Of a stretch of DNA of 64,000 nucleotides, positions 39,152 to 49,579 are shown piece after piece (the first letter of the stretch is position 1; each line of letters opens with the position of its first letter). The stretch is from a bacterium (GTDB taxonomy: Bacteria; Hinthialibacterota; Hinthialibacteria; Hinthialibacterales; Hinthialibacteraceae), in assembly GCA_963662285.2 (NCBI GenBank), contig CAXXMV010000002.1, forward strand, positions 992,001 to 1,056,000. The letters run 5' to 3'. The position numbers were made by a program, and so were the translations under genes. The notes below the pieces were generated by a model that saw only the letters and a program-made list of their open reading frames with translations, made no database searches and was not told where the DNA came from.

Positions 39152-40672
39152 TTATTTTTTCTTACCCTCTTCACGCCAGGTGAGGAAATATTCCAATTTT
39201 TGTTCGATATTTAATCCCAGCGGGATATCTTTGGCGGCGGGATGAGTTGGTTCGAGGCGCTCAAGCATTTCCATCTCAAACTCTAGAATTAATTTTTTAT
39301 AACTTAAATGAGATGCCAGATTGAACATCTCAGCGGGGTCTTTCTCAATATCATAAAGCAATTTTGTTATCCCCGGCAATGGTTTGCCGGTCTGATAACC
39401 ATCTTGACGCAGCCGCTTACCAGTTCCAAAAATAAACTTGTATTTATCGGTGCGGATCATGGCTTCTTCGTTTTCATAGTACTCGCAGAAAACTGAATCG
39501 CGTATTTTATCCTTCTCGCCTTTGAGCAATGGCATCAGACTGAATCCATCAATCTCTTTTGGATTATCCGCGCCGCAAAATTCGGTGATGGTGGGGAAGA
39601 TATCGATAAACTCGACCAGTCCATCGGCTTTGACGTCATAACGCTCAGAATCGGGCAGACGCATAATCAATGGAGCGCTGACCGATTCCTCGAAATGAGT
39701 ATGCTTCTCAAAGCGCCCGTGATGCCCCAGGCTGTAACCGTGGTCGCCCAGATAAATAACCAGCGTCTTATCGCTTAAACCGGATTCATCCAACGTATCC
39801 AAAACGCGCCCTACGTTATGATCCATATACTCGGTCGATGTGTAATAAGCGGCGGTGATATTTCGTTTTTCATCGTCAGTCAGATTGCGGAAAATTTCAG
39901 GAATCTGCCAGTCATCTTCGCCTCCGACCGGGGGGACTCCGAAATCATCTGGATCGAATGATCCACTATATTCAATCGGGAAGCGGAACGGCGAATGCGG
40001 TTCATAAAAGCTGACAATCAGAAAGAATGGATTCTCTGAGTTGGCATGATCGCGCAAATACTTTTGACCTTGCCGGGCGAAAAAGGTTCCCGCCATATCA
40101 TTATCATAAGCGCCGAATGGATGATACATGCCATTAAGCCAAATCCGGGCGTGATCCTTAAACGGCTTCCACTGCGGCAGAACCTTGATCCCATCTGGAA
40201 CCGGACGCGCTGGATGCTCTTTGAGATAAGCGCGGTGATCTTTATGATCGATATGTTTATCGAAGCCATGAGTCAAACCACTGTTGAAATGCATTTTGCC
40301 GATTGCGGTGGTATCGTAGCCTATCTCTCCTAGCACTTCAGCCAGCGTGGTAGTCTCATCCGGCAAGGCGGTTGTTAGTTGAGTGACTTCAATGGAGTGC
40401 GGCATCCGTCCGGTCAACAGCGATTGTCGTGATGCAGTACACATAGGGCAATTGACGAACGCTTCAGTGAAAGTGACGCCGGTACGCGCCAGCCGGTCTA
40501 TATTCGGAGTGCGCGCCTGTTTATTGCCATAAGCTCCACATACATAAGAAGCATGGTCATCGGCTATAATCAGCAGTACATTAGGCAACTTGGCCGCATA
40601 AGCCGCCACCGACTGCATCAGAGCCAAAAGCATCGTTATCAAAGCCACCAGAAAATACCGCGCGCCATTCAT
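39152..40672 (-). CDS. Cys-type S1 sulfatase, secreted
   Basis: PNVLLIIADD, CTASRQSLLTG, GKMH, PHSP, GDHG..EKH. Confidence 0.92.
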   Translation of the reverse strand: MNGARYFLVALITMLLALMQSVAAYAAKLPNVLLIIADDHASYVCGAYGNKQARTPNIDRLARTGVTFTEAFVNCPMCTASRQSLLTGRMPHSIEVTQLTTALPDETTTLAEVLGEIGYDTTAIGKMHFNSGLTHGFDKHIDHKDHRAYLKEHPARPVPDGIKVLPQWKPFKDHARIWLNGMYHPFGAYDNDMAGTFFARQGQKYLRDHANSENPFFLIVSFYEPHSPFRFPIEYSGSFDPDDFGVPPVGGEDDWQIPEIFRNLTDDEKRNITAAYYTSTEYMDHNVGRVLDTLDESGLSDKTLVIYLGDHGYSLGHHGRFEKHTHFEESVSAPLIMRLPDSERYDVKADGLVEFIDIFPTITEFCGADNPKEIDGFSLMPLLKGEKDKIRDSVFCEYYENEEAMIRTDKYKFIFGTGKRLRQDGYQTGKPLPGITKLLYDIEKDPAEMFNLASHLSYKKLILEFEMEMLERLEPTHPAAKDIPLGLNIEQKLEYFLTWREEGKKK

Positions 40673-40784
40673 AATCGATCTCCCTCAGGATTTGTTTTGA
40701 TATTTATAATTTAACATAATTGGCTTGTTATTAACAGATGGAGAAGAATTTAGTGAAGCAGTCGGTGGGATCAAGACGGATTTC

Positions 40785-41381
40785 TTATTGGTTGTTTTTT
40801 TCTTCTGTCAGGGTATCAATATCATCTAATAAAGGCATTGGATATTTTTCTTTCATGAAATCACTAGGAGTTAATATTCTTATTTTTTCACCATCTCTAG
40901 TTTCAAATACATTGTTTAAGGAAATCAACCGTCTTCTTGCTTTTTTGCGGTTTTGGGGACGTTGGTCACCATCGTAAGTCAAGAACCATTTAATATTACG
41001 CTCAGAAGAGGTGGCAATATGTATAGAATCCTCAAAATCTATCTTTTAATGATACTTTTGCCGTATATCTTGAGTTTTATATCCAATCGCCCTATCAACA
41101 TTTATAATCTGTATAAATTCGTGTAGAAGAAATGACCTTATTATTTGAATATCCTCTTCAGGAATTTCACCATCTAATTTAAAAGCCTCTGTTATTGTTA
41201 TCGCCGAAGTGGCTATTATTAATTCTTTCTTTTCTGCTTTTTCAATAAGCATTGCGATTTCTTGATGACGATCAGTCATGGTTGCTTCTTTTTGATGATC
41301 CGTCTTATTTTTTTCTTCTTTCAAGAACGCAAAAAATATACACGTATCCCAATAAATTAATTCTCTTTTTTTAGCTGACAT
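40785..41381 (-). pseudogene. PIN/VapC-family nuclease interrupted by one in-frame TAA (41048-41046)
   Basis: IYWDTCIF...TSAITITE...KYH*KIDFEDSIHIAT...FLTYD; both ORF-track pieces are in the same frame. Confidence 0.8.
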
Positions 41382-42174
41382 TCCTGATTTTCTCCAGATG
41401 ATCTATGATGTTTTCTCCACCAGTGATATCTATAGAAGGTAAATCTTCGTATCTTGGAAGTTCATTTTCATCCGGGAAAATTTCAAATTTTTCTACGTGT
41501 ATTTGTACAGGAATGTCGTGTGTGTTATATATTGTTTTTCCGTAAACAGCAACTCTTTTCTCAAATGCGCCCAGGACTTCATCTAATATATCATCATTAA
41601 AATAACACTTAATAGTTCTTGGTAATAGCATATCTTTGATTTTAAAAACACGCTTTTTTTCAGCGCTAGAAATAATACTTAGCAAAGCGCCCTCTAGAGT
41701 AGTCCAACAGTAATAAGATTCTTTTTTCTCATGGGCGATTACATTTTTTACATCATCTATAATATTTATAGATGGATTTATTCTTTTTTGTCTATAAGAG
41801 TATGCAATTTCCTTAATACCATCAGTAAGAGGTTTGAAAGTCCGTTGAAGGCTATCTAGGATTTCGTCATCAAAATTCTCAGGCATCATAACTTTTTCAT
41901 CAATTAACTTGCATCCATCAAGATACTCGTTAAATACACGATTTGCATGAGAAATATCTGTTTCCTCTGTTACTACCAAATGTATATCTCCCGGGCTGTT
42001 AAGATTAATGCTTTTAATTTTTAATTCAAAATTAATTTTTGTTTTATCCACCAAAACATCGCTTATTTTATTAAGAGAATCCACTGTTCCTCTTATGAAA
42101 TTAATAAAGGAATCGACGCTCATCGTGTCAGATCCAGGTATTATTTCCATTATAAATTCTGGTTTTGCGGCCAT
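41371..42174 (-). CDS. hypothetical protein coupled to the PIN gene (candidate antitoxin/partner)
   Basis: 267-aa AT-rich ORF overlapping the PIN start by 11 nt; C-terminal beta-rich segment. Confidence 0.7.
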   Translation of the reverse strand: MAAKPEFIMEIIPGSDTMSVDSFINFIRGTVDSLNKISDVLVDKTKINFELKIKSINLNSPGDIHLVVTEETDISHANRVFNEYLDGCKLIDEKVMMPENFDDEILDSLQRTFKPLTDGIKEIAYSYRQKRINPSINIIDDVKNVIAHEKKESYYCWTTLEGALLSIISSAEKKRVFKIKDMLLPRTIKCYFNDDILDEVLGAFEKRVAVYGKTIYNTHDIPVQIHVEKFEIFPDENELPRYEDLPSIDITGGENIIDHLEKIRNVS

Positions 42175-42361
42175 TTTATCTTACCAATTATGAGTTCCGG
42201 CGAATCAACCGTTTTTCCTCAAATACCTTTTTAGCACGAATCACGACATTATGTCTAGGGATTTCTTTATAAAACTCTAGTTATCGTCATGTTTATATAT
42301 ACTAATTATAGCGTTTTTATCAACAGTAGTTAGCAATATATCTAAATGTTCAGGATACAAA

Positions 42362-42393
42362 ACAGCCAACGGCGTAACTTCGCCGTTGGCTGT
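42362..42393 (-). terminator. terminator hairpin
   Basis: acagccaacggcg-taactt-cgccgttggctgt downstream of the esterase gene. Confidence 0.65.
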
Positions 42394-42416
42394 AAGAATA
42401 TCTATAATCAATGCAT

Positions 42417-43715
42417 CTATTTCAATTTCTCCGTCAACCACTGGTCAACTTTCTTGCTATGCGATGGATCAGTCCAATGACCCATGTATTTTACGATTTG
42501 CAGTTCTTTATCGCTGGTGATCGAGTTATACGCCGAGAACATTGATGTCGGGGGGCAAGTCTCATCGTTGAAGCCCAGTCCCATTAGAATTGGAACTTCT
42601 ATAATCCGCGCAAAATTGACTACGTCATAATAGGGCGCAACGGCAATTTTTTTCTGGGTGCAATTAAACTCATTCATGTTGCGGAACAGATGCGGCCATC
42701 CACCGGCGCGGTTGTTCAGGTAGCCGTAATGGTCGCACATAGCGGGATAGGTTGAGGCGATGAAACGGATGCGCTTATCCAGCCCGGCGGTGATGATCGA
42801 TAAAGCGCCGCCCTGGCTTCCGCCGTGTATACCCAGCGTCTTTCCGTCAAATTTATCAAGTTGGAAGATAAAATCCACTGCCCTTTTGCAACCCATGAAG
42901 ACGCGGTTGTAGTAATATTTGTCACGGTCATCCAGATTGAATTCGGGGTAATCCTTGATCGCTCCGGGACGTAAACTCTGATACAACTCATCGGGCAGAT
43001 TAACAGGAATGCCATGAATACCGACTGTTAAGTGGATCACGCCTTTTTTGGCCCACCCATAATTGGGACGATAAGGACGTACACCCGCGCCTGGAACCTG
43101 AAGCAACGCCGGAAAGGGACCTTCGCCCTTAGGAACCGACAACATTCCATAAAACCTGGGTAGACTGCCCCATCCCTTGGGTCCGGATATGTAACTTATG
43201 TGATACATATCGACATCATCGACGCCATCGATCTCCACTTTTTCCATTACTGGATCAAGAGGGATATCAGACAGGCTGGCCATTTTGTCACTCCAGTATC
43301 GATCAAAATCATCCGGCTTGGGCGTTGTCGCTTTAACTTTATACGGTTCATAGGCGCCAGTAGCAAGACCGCGATATTGCTTACCATCAAGCGTGATGTC
43401 CGCATTGCAGCGTAAGAATCCCGGACGATCCAGGCCATGCGATTTGAGCGTCAGTTTGCCATCGCTCAAGTTCGATTCACCCATGCTGAAGGCTTCCATC
43501 TTCTCCGGACCAATGCGCCATGATACTTTAGCGTCCTTAATCGGTTGGTCGTCATCTTTGACGCTTATCACAAACTCGATAGGCTCAGCTACCTCATAAA
43601 TCCAGTCCTCATGATCGCACGTTACCGAAACCTCAACCTTCGCTATCGCCAACGAAGGAACTAATACGAAAAGCGTAAATAGAATAATATTGATTCGTAG
43701 ATATCCCAACCTCAT
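42417..43715 (-). CDS. acetylxylan esterase / cephalosporin-C deacetylase (CE7), secreted
   Basis: PDDFDRYW, GGSQGG nucleophile elbow, YYDVVNFA, DETCPP, GH. Confidence 0.9.
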   Translation of the reverse strand: MRLGYLRINIILFTLFVLVPSLAIAKVEVSVTCDHEDWIYEVAEPIEFVISVKDDDQPIKDAKVSWRIGPEKMEAFSMGESNLSDGKLTLKSHGLDRPGFLRCNADITLDGKQYRGLATGAYEPYKVKATTPKPDDFDRYWSDKMASLSDIPLDPVMEKVEIDGVDDVDMYHISYISGPKGWGSLPRFYGMLSVPKGEGPFPALLQVPGAGVRPYRPNYGWAKKGVIHLTVGIHGIPVNLPDELYQSLRPGAIKDYPEFNLDDRDKYYYNRVFMGCKRAVDFIFQLDKFDGKTLGIHGGSQGGALSIITAGLDKRIRFIASTYPAMCDHYGYLNNRAGGWPHLFRNMNEFNCTQKKIAVAPYYDVVNFARIIEVPILMGLGFNDETCPPTSMFSAYNSITSDKELQIVKYMGHWTDPSHSKKVDQWLTEKLK

Positions 43716-44082
43716 TTTTCATATCCTTTCTTAAACTTATTTCTATTCAATCTGTTTCTATTGAAAACTAAAATGCCCTAAAAATATAGCGATAGCATTG
43801 CATCTATTATGACAATCACTCTCAAACGTTCCTCTCTTATATACCCAGTACCATTAACTTGCGTAAGCGTAAAAAAAATATTCCAACTACTAAATCATAA
43901 AAAAATCCTGATTATCCTGGATTAAGCCAAAAAACCGATTAGCCCTCTTTATCGATAATCTTACAATTCATTACATAAATCGAAAGATATTGGGTTGCGG
44001 ATGCGCTGTAATTTCTGTAATATATGTAATATATCACAAGATCAATTAATCGCATTAGTACTTTGTGGGAGGCGGAAAAATC

Positions 44083-44754
44083 ATGAAACAGTCTGGTTTT
44101 ACTCTTATTGAGTTGTTGATTGTTGTAGCCATAATCGGTATTTTGGCCGCCATAGCAGTGCCGAACTTTTTAAATGCGCAAATCCGAGCCAAAGTATCCC
44201 GTTCCTATGCGGATATGCGTTCTACCGTCACTGCTATTGAACAAATGCGCATGGATAAGGGCTGTATTCTGGTCGATTTCTGGGATGATGATACTACCTG
44301 GGGAAGAGAGCGCATAGAGAAGACATTTAATGGCGTTGGTAATGAACCCGAAGCCACCCGGCGCCAATTGCATGTTCTCGCTCCGTTAACCAGCCCCGTA
44401 TCCTACATGTCTTCTGTTCCCAAAGATCCATTTGCCGGACATTTGCTGGAAGCCAGTACTGGCGGACATTCAGAGCGTTTTGGCTTAATCGGCAATGATG
44501 TCTATTACTATGCCGATGATGATCCCCAGGGCAGTGGTCCCGACTATGGCGGTACAAGTTATGATCCACCCCTTAAACCAGGCGATTACATACTTTATGC
44601 ATTTGGTCCGGCAGCTAATATAATGTACGGCGGTAGCAATGGAGTCCGTTATGGCTTGCCCTACGATACTTCCAATGGCGTTGTGAGCCTTGGCGATATC
44701 ATGATGCGTTCTGGAGGTGGGATAGTCCGCAATAATCTCTTAGGCGGACGTTAA
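44083..44754 (+). CDS. type IV pilin/pseudopilin-like protein
   Basis: SG-FTLIELLIVVAIIGILAAIAVPNF; LTSPVSY..PKDPF; YDTSNGVVSLGDI. Confidence 0.9.
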   Translation: MKQSGFTLIELLIVVAIIGILAAIAVPNFLNAQIRAKVSRSYADMRSTVTAIEQMRMDKGCILVDFWDDDTTWGRERIEKTFNGVGNEPEATRRQLHVLAPLTSPVSYMSSVPKDPFAGHLLEASTGGHSERFGLIGNDVYYYADDDPQGSGPDYGGTSYDPPLKPGDYILYAFGPAANIMYGGSNGVRYGLPYDTSNGVVSLGDIMMRSGGGIVRNNLLGGR

Positions 44755-44854
44755 TAAGTAGTTACTTAACCAAAAACTATGCATTACATAATGATATTCA
44801 AATAATTTTGCAGTTTACTTCTGCTTGGAGTAAACGACTATTAATGGAGAAATT

Positions 44855-45472
44855 ATGACTAAACAAAAAGCTTTTACCCTCATCGAATTGCTTATTGTGG
44901 TTGCTATTATTGGCATCTTGGCGGCTATCGCCGTTCCCAATTTTCTGAACGCCCAAATCCGCGCTAAAATCGCCAGAGTGGAATCCGACCACAAATCTCT
45001 TGCCACCGCGCTTGGCGCCTATCAGATCGATAATAATTCGTTTCCTGGCGATCATGATCTCGATAACTATATGAATGGTGAAAGAGGTCTTTTCCGGCTA
45101 ACTTCGCCAGTCTCATACATGGCGTCTCTTCCCGCTGATCCCTTTGTGGAGAAGAAACTCAAGGGAACGCTTCACTTGGGCGATGCTAATGCCTATGCCA
45201 CAGCAGGCCGTCCGGATTATGAAATGGGCAGCGGCGCGGATAACCCGGGGCAATATAGGAAACAATGCTATAGCCTGATGAGTTATGGACCGGATTATGA
45301 TGACGATAACTCCAGCCATGATCCTTTCCCTTTTGGTACGGATCATGACCGCTATGCTCCCACCAATGGGATACGTTCGGATGGCAACATCTTCCGTTTC
45401 GGCGGTGACTATTCATCTGGATGCCTTATTATGGATTGGAATACATCCCGTATCGGCGGCGGATGTCCTTGA
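44855..45472 (+). CDS. type IV pilin/pseudopilin-like protein
   Basis: KA-FTLIELLIVVAIIGILAAIAVPNF; LTSPVSY..PADPF; SYGPD; YAPTNGIRSDGNI. Confidence 0.9.
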   Translation: MTKQKAFTLIELLIVVAIIGILAAIAVPNFLNAQIRAKIARVESDHKSLATALGAYQIDNNSFPGDHDLDNYMNGERGLFRLTSPVSYMASLPADPFVEKKLKGTLHLGDANAYATAGRPDYEMGSGADNPGQYRKQCYSLMSYGPDYDDDNSSHDPFPFGTDHDRYAPTNGIRSDGNIFRFGGDYSSGCLIMDWNTSRIGGGCP

Positions 45473-45588
45473 TCGTTGCAAGTCAGCAAGATGGGACTCG
45501 TCTCGAAGCGCGCCCCATCCTGTTTTTCTGGAGGAAAGTCGAGATAAGTTGTAGAGTTATTTTATTATTCTTGGTTTTATTTTAAGCA

Positions 45589-45624
45589 AAATCCAGTTCA
45601 TCCTGAACATCCAGATTCAGGCAA
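45589..45624 (+). repeat. ATCC(T/A)G periodic repeat, family C
   Basis: aaatccagttcatcctgaacatccagattcaggcaa. Confidence 0.6.
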
Positions 45625-45642
45625 TAACAAACGCTTCAGATC

Positions 45643-45680
45643 AAAAAAAAACCGCCGATCCAAATAGACCGGCGGTTTTG
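45643..45680. terminator. bidirectional terminator
   Basis: aaaaaaaaaccgccg...cggcggttttg between convergent genes. Confidence 0.75.
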
Positions 45681-45706
45681 TATTATTTCACTTCACAATC
45701 TAATCA

Positions 45707-48700
45707 TTAATTCGGCGCAATGTCTCCGAATAATTCGCCAGGATAGGCTTTTCCAGGTTCGAGGATGAAGACATCCACCCGGTCGATCCAGGCAGTCACG
45801 TCATTACCATCTGATCCGGCAACCTGGATGAAAGGATTTATCATCTCACCTGAATCAGGACGGAACACAGCCGTAACCCGGCCTTCATTATCAACGAAAC
45901 TGGCCGCCGACATTATCAACGAATAGCCAATTGTTCCATCAACATCCAGACCTTGCATTACTACGCCTTTCAATGCGCCTACTGCAATCGTGGCATTGGG
46001 TTCATTGAATTTCAAAGAGCAGCGAATCAATGCAGGACGTCCGCCGGTATTTATACCTGCTTGAGTCAGCAGGAAGGTAACCGATCCGGGTTTCGCCACA
46101 ATCGCGGCGCCGCGTTGATCTTTCGAAGATGGAAATTCGCCGCCGGGGAATCCGAAATTAGCCAGGATAAAGCCCGGCGCCGCTCCACTGAAACCACCTG
46201 GAATCTCCGCCCAGCCGTTTTCAGTCATGGTCGATTTATCAAATTCATAAACCATGTATGGCTCAATTACCGGTGCAACTACCGGAGTAGGAGTCGGAAG
46301 CGTTTCATCTGGCGTAGGAGTCGGTTCAACGACAATAGGAGTCACAGTCGGCGTAGGCGCTCCAACTTGAGGCGTCGGGGTCGGTTCGCCAACTTGAGGC
46401 GTAGGCGTAGGCTGCGCAACTACCGGCGTTGGAGTTGGGGTTGGCTCAATTATGTCGCCGCTTGGGCTGATAATCACTGTCTTGCCATCGCTTTCATTGC
46501 CGAACTTATCATAAACCGTCAAGCGGCAGGTGTATTCAACGCCATTAAAGAATCCACCTGAACGGTAAGCCAAAACATTACCAAGGTCTAATGGTTCTTC
46601 ACTGTTAATATACAACTTATAACCGCCGCCATCAGCCACATCAGGGCTTACCGAAGGCAGCCAGGCAAAATGTATGTACCTGTCGCGTGGGAATCCAGAG
46701 AACCACTGCGGATTGGTCGGAGCAGTTTTATTGCTTTCATAGAGGGTAATATCAATATGGGTTGTCTCGCCAGCTTTAATTTCAACTGTTGGATTAACTG
46801 CATAGAATTTCGCTCCAGAACTCACCGCCAGAGTATATAATCCCGGCGGAACCGCATCATAAGTGACTATTCCGCTAAAATCAGTTTTGGCATTGATTCC
46901 ACGATAGGTGCAATCGATCTCAGCCAGCGGGAAATTGTTGGTAGAAACAATCTTGGCTTCCAACTTACCGGTAACATTCGTATCCAAATTACTTAGACTT
47001 ACTACATAACGGCCATAACCATCACGTCTGGCAACTTGTATATAGTAGACGCCTGCTTCCAGTTCTAACTCTTTAACTGATAAAGCCGGGTTATACCACA
47101 GATCATGCCTGAATAAACTGGTTCGCATATCCGAAGCGTATATATAACAATATGAGGCGAAGGTATTTGTCCCCTGATAAGTGAACTTATAGGTTCCCGC
47201 TTCAGGTACGTCAACCCGGTAAAAGTCTGTATTATCAATATAATTTGCATTGGTATACCCAATCGCGCCCTTGGCCAATTCGTTGATCGACATCGTCACA
47301 GGCATGGTCGCTATATTGTTTTGCTCGATGTCATTGAAGTCCTGTTCCTTGTAATCCACATAAAACTCATACACGCCATACCCATCTCTTCGAGATATGT
47401 GGATGTAATAATCTCCCGCCCTTAAGTTGGGGAAATTAACCGAACGCGGCTCCTCTGTATGCCAGTGATCCGTGCGTCCTATATAGGTTACGCCATCGGC
47501 TTGATATACATTGGCATAGATTGCCATCGTGCTATCTACATGCGAACGAACTGTTAATGCTCCATCAGCAGGCAGGTTTACCTTGTACCAATCACTATCA
47601 TCTATACGGTAAACTTTGTCATAACCCAGATGTCCGATAACTCCATCATTCAAATAAATTTGCTCAGCCTGATGGGCGTGATCGTTAAATTCCTGATCGC
47701 TGCTGCGATTGGGTATAAAGGAGAATTTAAATTCATAATTCCCATACCCGTCACGGTGTGATATGCCTATCAAATATTTACCGGCCATGACATTGGATTT
47801 GGTATAAGACCTTTGATCGGTAGTATGCCAACCATCATTGCGTCCGATATGAACCAATTCACTATTGGGTTTCCATGCGTAGGTATCCAAATAATAGGCC
47901 AATGTATCATCAGAGGTGCTGCTAACTGTCAGTGAACCATCATCCGGTACATCAAGGATATAATGGTCATATCGATCTACCCATCCGTTATCAGAAAAAC
48001 CTATATGTCCCACAATGGTTTGATCTAAAGAAACCAATGTTGGCAATCCCATCCAGGCTTCGTTTGGTTCAACATCCACATTGGGCGCGGCGGTGAAGGC
48101 CGTCTCAATAGAACCAAGCCCTGAGCCGTCTCTTCGTTGGATTCGAATAATATAATCACCGGCCATCAGGTTTGGACTAGTGAACACTCTCTCATCCGCT
48201 GTATGCCAATGATCATTTCGCCCGATATGAATGGCATTGCGATGGAAGAGATCTGTATATGTTGCTACAGTATCATTGTACTTGCTTCGCATAGTCAGCG
48301 CGCCATCAGCCGGAAGCGTCACTTTATAATAAACTTCAGGTATTTCTTCACTGATCGTGATATTCTCAATTTTACTGTTCAAGGCTATCGCAACTGCTCC
48401 CGTTGCAAAGGGATCAGGAATATCTTGAGGTTGAGACTCTATATATAACGAATACTCGCCAAACAGGTTTGTGCGCCGCACATTCAAATAATAAATTCCG
48501 GGCGCTAATCCCGAGTAACTTGGCAGCAATCGTAAGTTCGAGTCATATAAATCGTAAGTTAGCGAAACATTATTCGCATCCGCAGCTACTAACTCAACTT
48601 TCAGCGCTCCATAGATAGCAGTCGTAAACCGGTAAAAATCCATTTGATCGCTAAAAGAATCGCCATAGTATCCCAGCCGTCCCTTGGCGTAACCACTGTA

Positions 48701-49579
48701 GACCCCATCTAATTCATTCATAACAAGATCAATGGATTCCTGGGGACGGTTATTAGGTTCAAGGTCGTTCGGATTATCGTTTGCTGTAAAAATATTGGTT
48801 AACGTGTAAGAACCATAACCTTCACTCTTGTATAGACAAACGAAATATACACCTGCCGCCAGGTTGCTGTAAACGATCTTTTCCGAGCCGCCTTTGGCAT
48901 TATCGTTCTTCGCAGCCAGAACCTTATTCCCGTCAGTGTCACGCAATTGCATTCCAATGCGTAAACCTCCATCAGGGAAAACCGTCAATTCCAACGCGCC
49001 GTCACTATCGGTGGTTATTACATAAAAATCATTTTCATCTGTGATTAAATTACCGTGAAAACCCAGATGCCCTTCCGCTTCTTCATTGAGAGATAATTGC
49101 AGGGCATTGGCAGGGCTGCCATTGGGTTCAGCGTCTATTTCTTCGATAGGAGCGAAATTAACCTGGATGCTATAGTCGCCCAGTCCTTCAACCGCTTTTA
49201 CTACGATGGAATAAGTTGTTCCTCCGCCTAGCAAATTACTATAGATCACTCCTGCGCTGGTTCCTTTGGCGCCGCCATCCTTTACGCCCAATATTGCAAC
49301 TCCGTCTGAATCCAATAACGTAACTTCCACCCGTAATTCAGCGACTGGAACAACGCCAACCTGGAAAAGACCGTCCGACGGAATGTTTATTTTATAGATA
49401 TCATAAAGATCGACTGGTAGAACCGTAGTCAACGAGCCGCTGTCACTATTGTTAACCTCTATAGTATTAGCTGATGCCAGCGTATCGTTCGGCTCTGTTT
49501 CCGCATATCCCACAGGATTGATTACAACCAACATAATCAATCCCATCATTATCCATATGTTCCGCTTTGAAATAATCAT
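45707..49579 (-). CDS. large secreted protein: tandem PPC-like beta-sandwich repeats, CarboxypepD_reg-like and FN3-like domains, PT linker, C-terminal domain
   Basis: Signal peptide; E-P-N-[DGNE]..A repeats; D.Y...P.DG.L; G.Y.I.I.RRDGYG.Y; PTPTP linker. Confidence 0.8.
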   Translation of the reverse strand: MIISKRNIWIMMGLIMLVVINPVGYAETEPNDTLASANTIEVNNSDSGSLTTVLPVDLYDIYKINIPSDGLFQVGVVPVAELRVEVTLLDSDGVAILGVKDGGAKGTSAGVIYSNLLGGGTTYSIVVKAVEGLGDYSIQVNFAPIEEIDAEPNGSPANALQLSLNEEAEGHLGFHGNLITDENDFYVITTDSDGALELTVFPDGGLRIGMQLRDTDGNKVLAAKNDNAKGGSEKIVYSNLAAGVYFVCLYKSEGYGSYTLTNIFTANDNPNDLEPNNRPQESIDLVMNELDGVYSGYAKGRLGYYGDSFSDQMDFYRFTTAIYGALKVELVAADANNVSLTYDLYDSNLRLLPSYSGLAPGIYYLNVRRTNLFGEYSLYIESQPQDIPDPFATGAVAIALNSKIENITISEEIPEVYYKVTLPADGALTMRSKYNDTVATYTDLFHRNAIHIGRNDHWHTADERVFTSPNLMAGDYIIRIQRRDGSGLGSIETAFTAAPNVDVEPNEAWMGLPTLVSLDQTIVGHIGFSDNGWVDRYDHYILDVPDDGSLTVSSTSDDTLAYYLDTYAWKPNSELVHIGRNDGWHTTDQRSYTKSNVMAGKYLIGISHRDGYGNYEFKFSFIPNRSSDQEFNDHAHQAEQIYLNDGVIGHLGYDKVYRIDDSDWYKVNLPADGALTVRSHVDSTMAIYANVYQADGVTYIGRTDHWHTEEPRSVNFPNLRAGDYYIHISRRDGYGVYEFYVDYKEQDFNDIEQNNIATMPVTMSINELAKGAIGYTNANYIDNTDFYRVDVPEAGTYKFTYQGTNTFASYCYIYASDMRTSLFRHDLWYNPALSVKELELEAGVYYIQVARRDGYGRYVVSLSNLDTNVTGKLEAKIVSTNNFPLAEIDCTYRGINAKTDFSGIVTYDAVPPGLYTLAVSSGAKFYAVNPTVEIKAGETTHIDITLYESNKTAPTNPQWFSGFPRDRYIHFAWLPSVSPDVADGGGYKLYINSEEPLDLGNVLAYRSGGFFNGVEYTCRLTVYDKFGNESDGKTVIISPSGDIIEPTPTPTPVVAQPTPTPQVGEPTPTPQVGAPTPTVTPIVVEPTPTPDETLPTPTPVVAPVIEPYMVYEFDKSTMTENGWAEIPGGFSGAAPGFILANFGFPGGEFPSSKDQRGAAIVAKPGSVTFLLTQAGINTGGRPALIRCSLKFNEPNATIAVGALKGVVMQGLDVDGTIGYSLIMSAASFVDNEGRVTAVFRPDSGEMINPFIQVAGSDGNDVTAWIDRVDVFILEPGKAYPGELFGDIAPN

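Noticed and set aside
41046-41048. Stop-codon reassignment or programmed readthrough explaining the PIN TAA
   Set aside because: TAA terminates many intact genes in this window; a nonsense mutation or sequencing error is simpler
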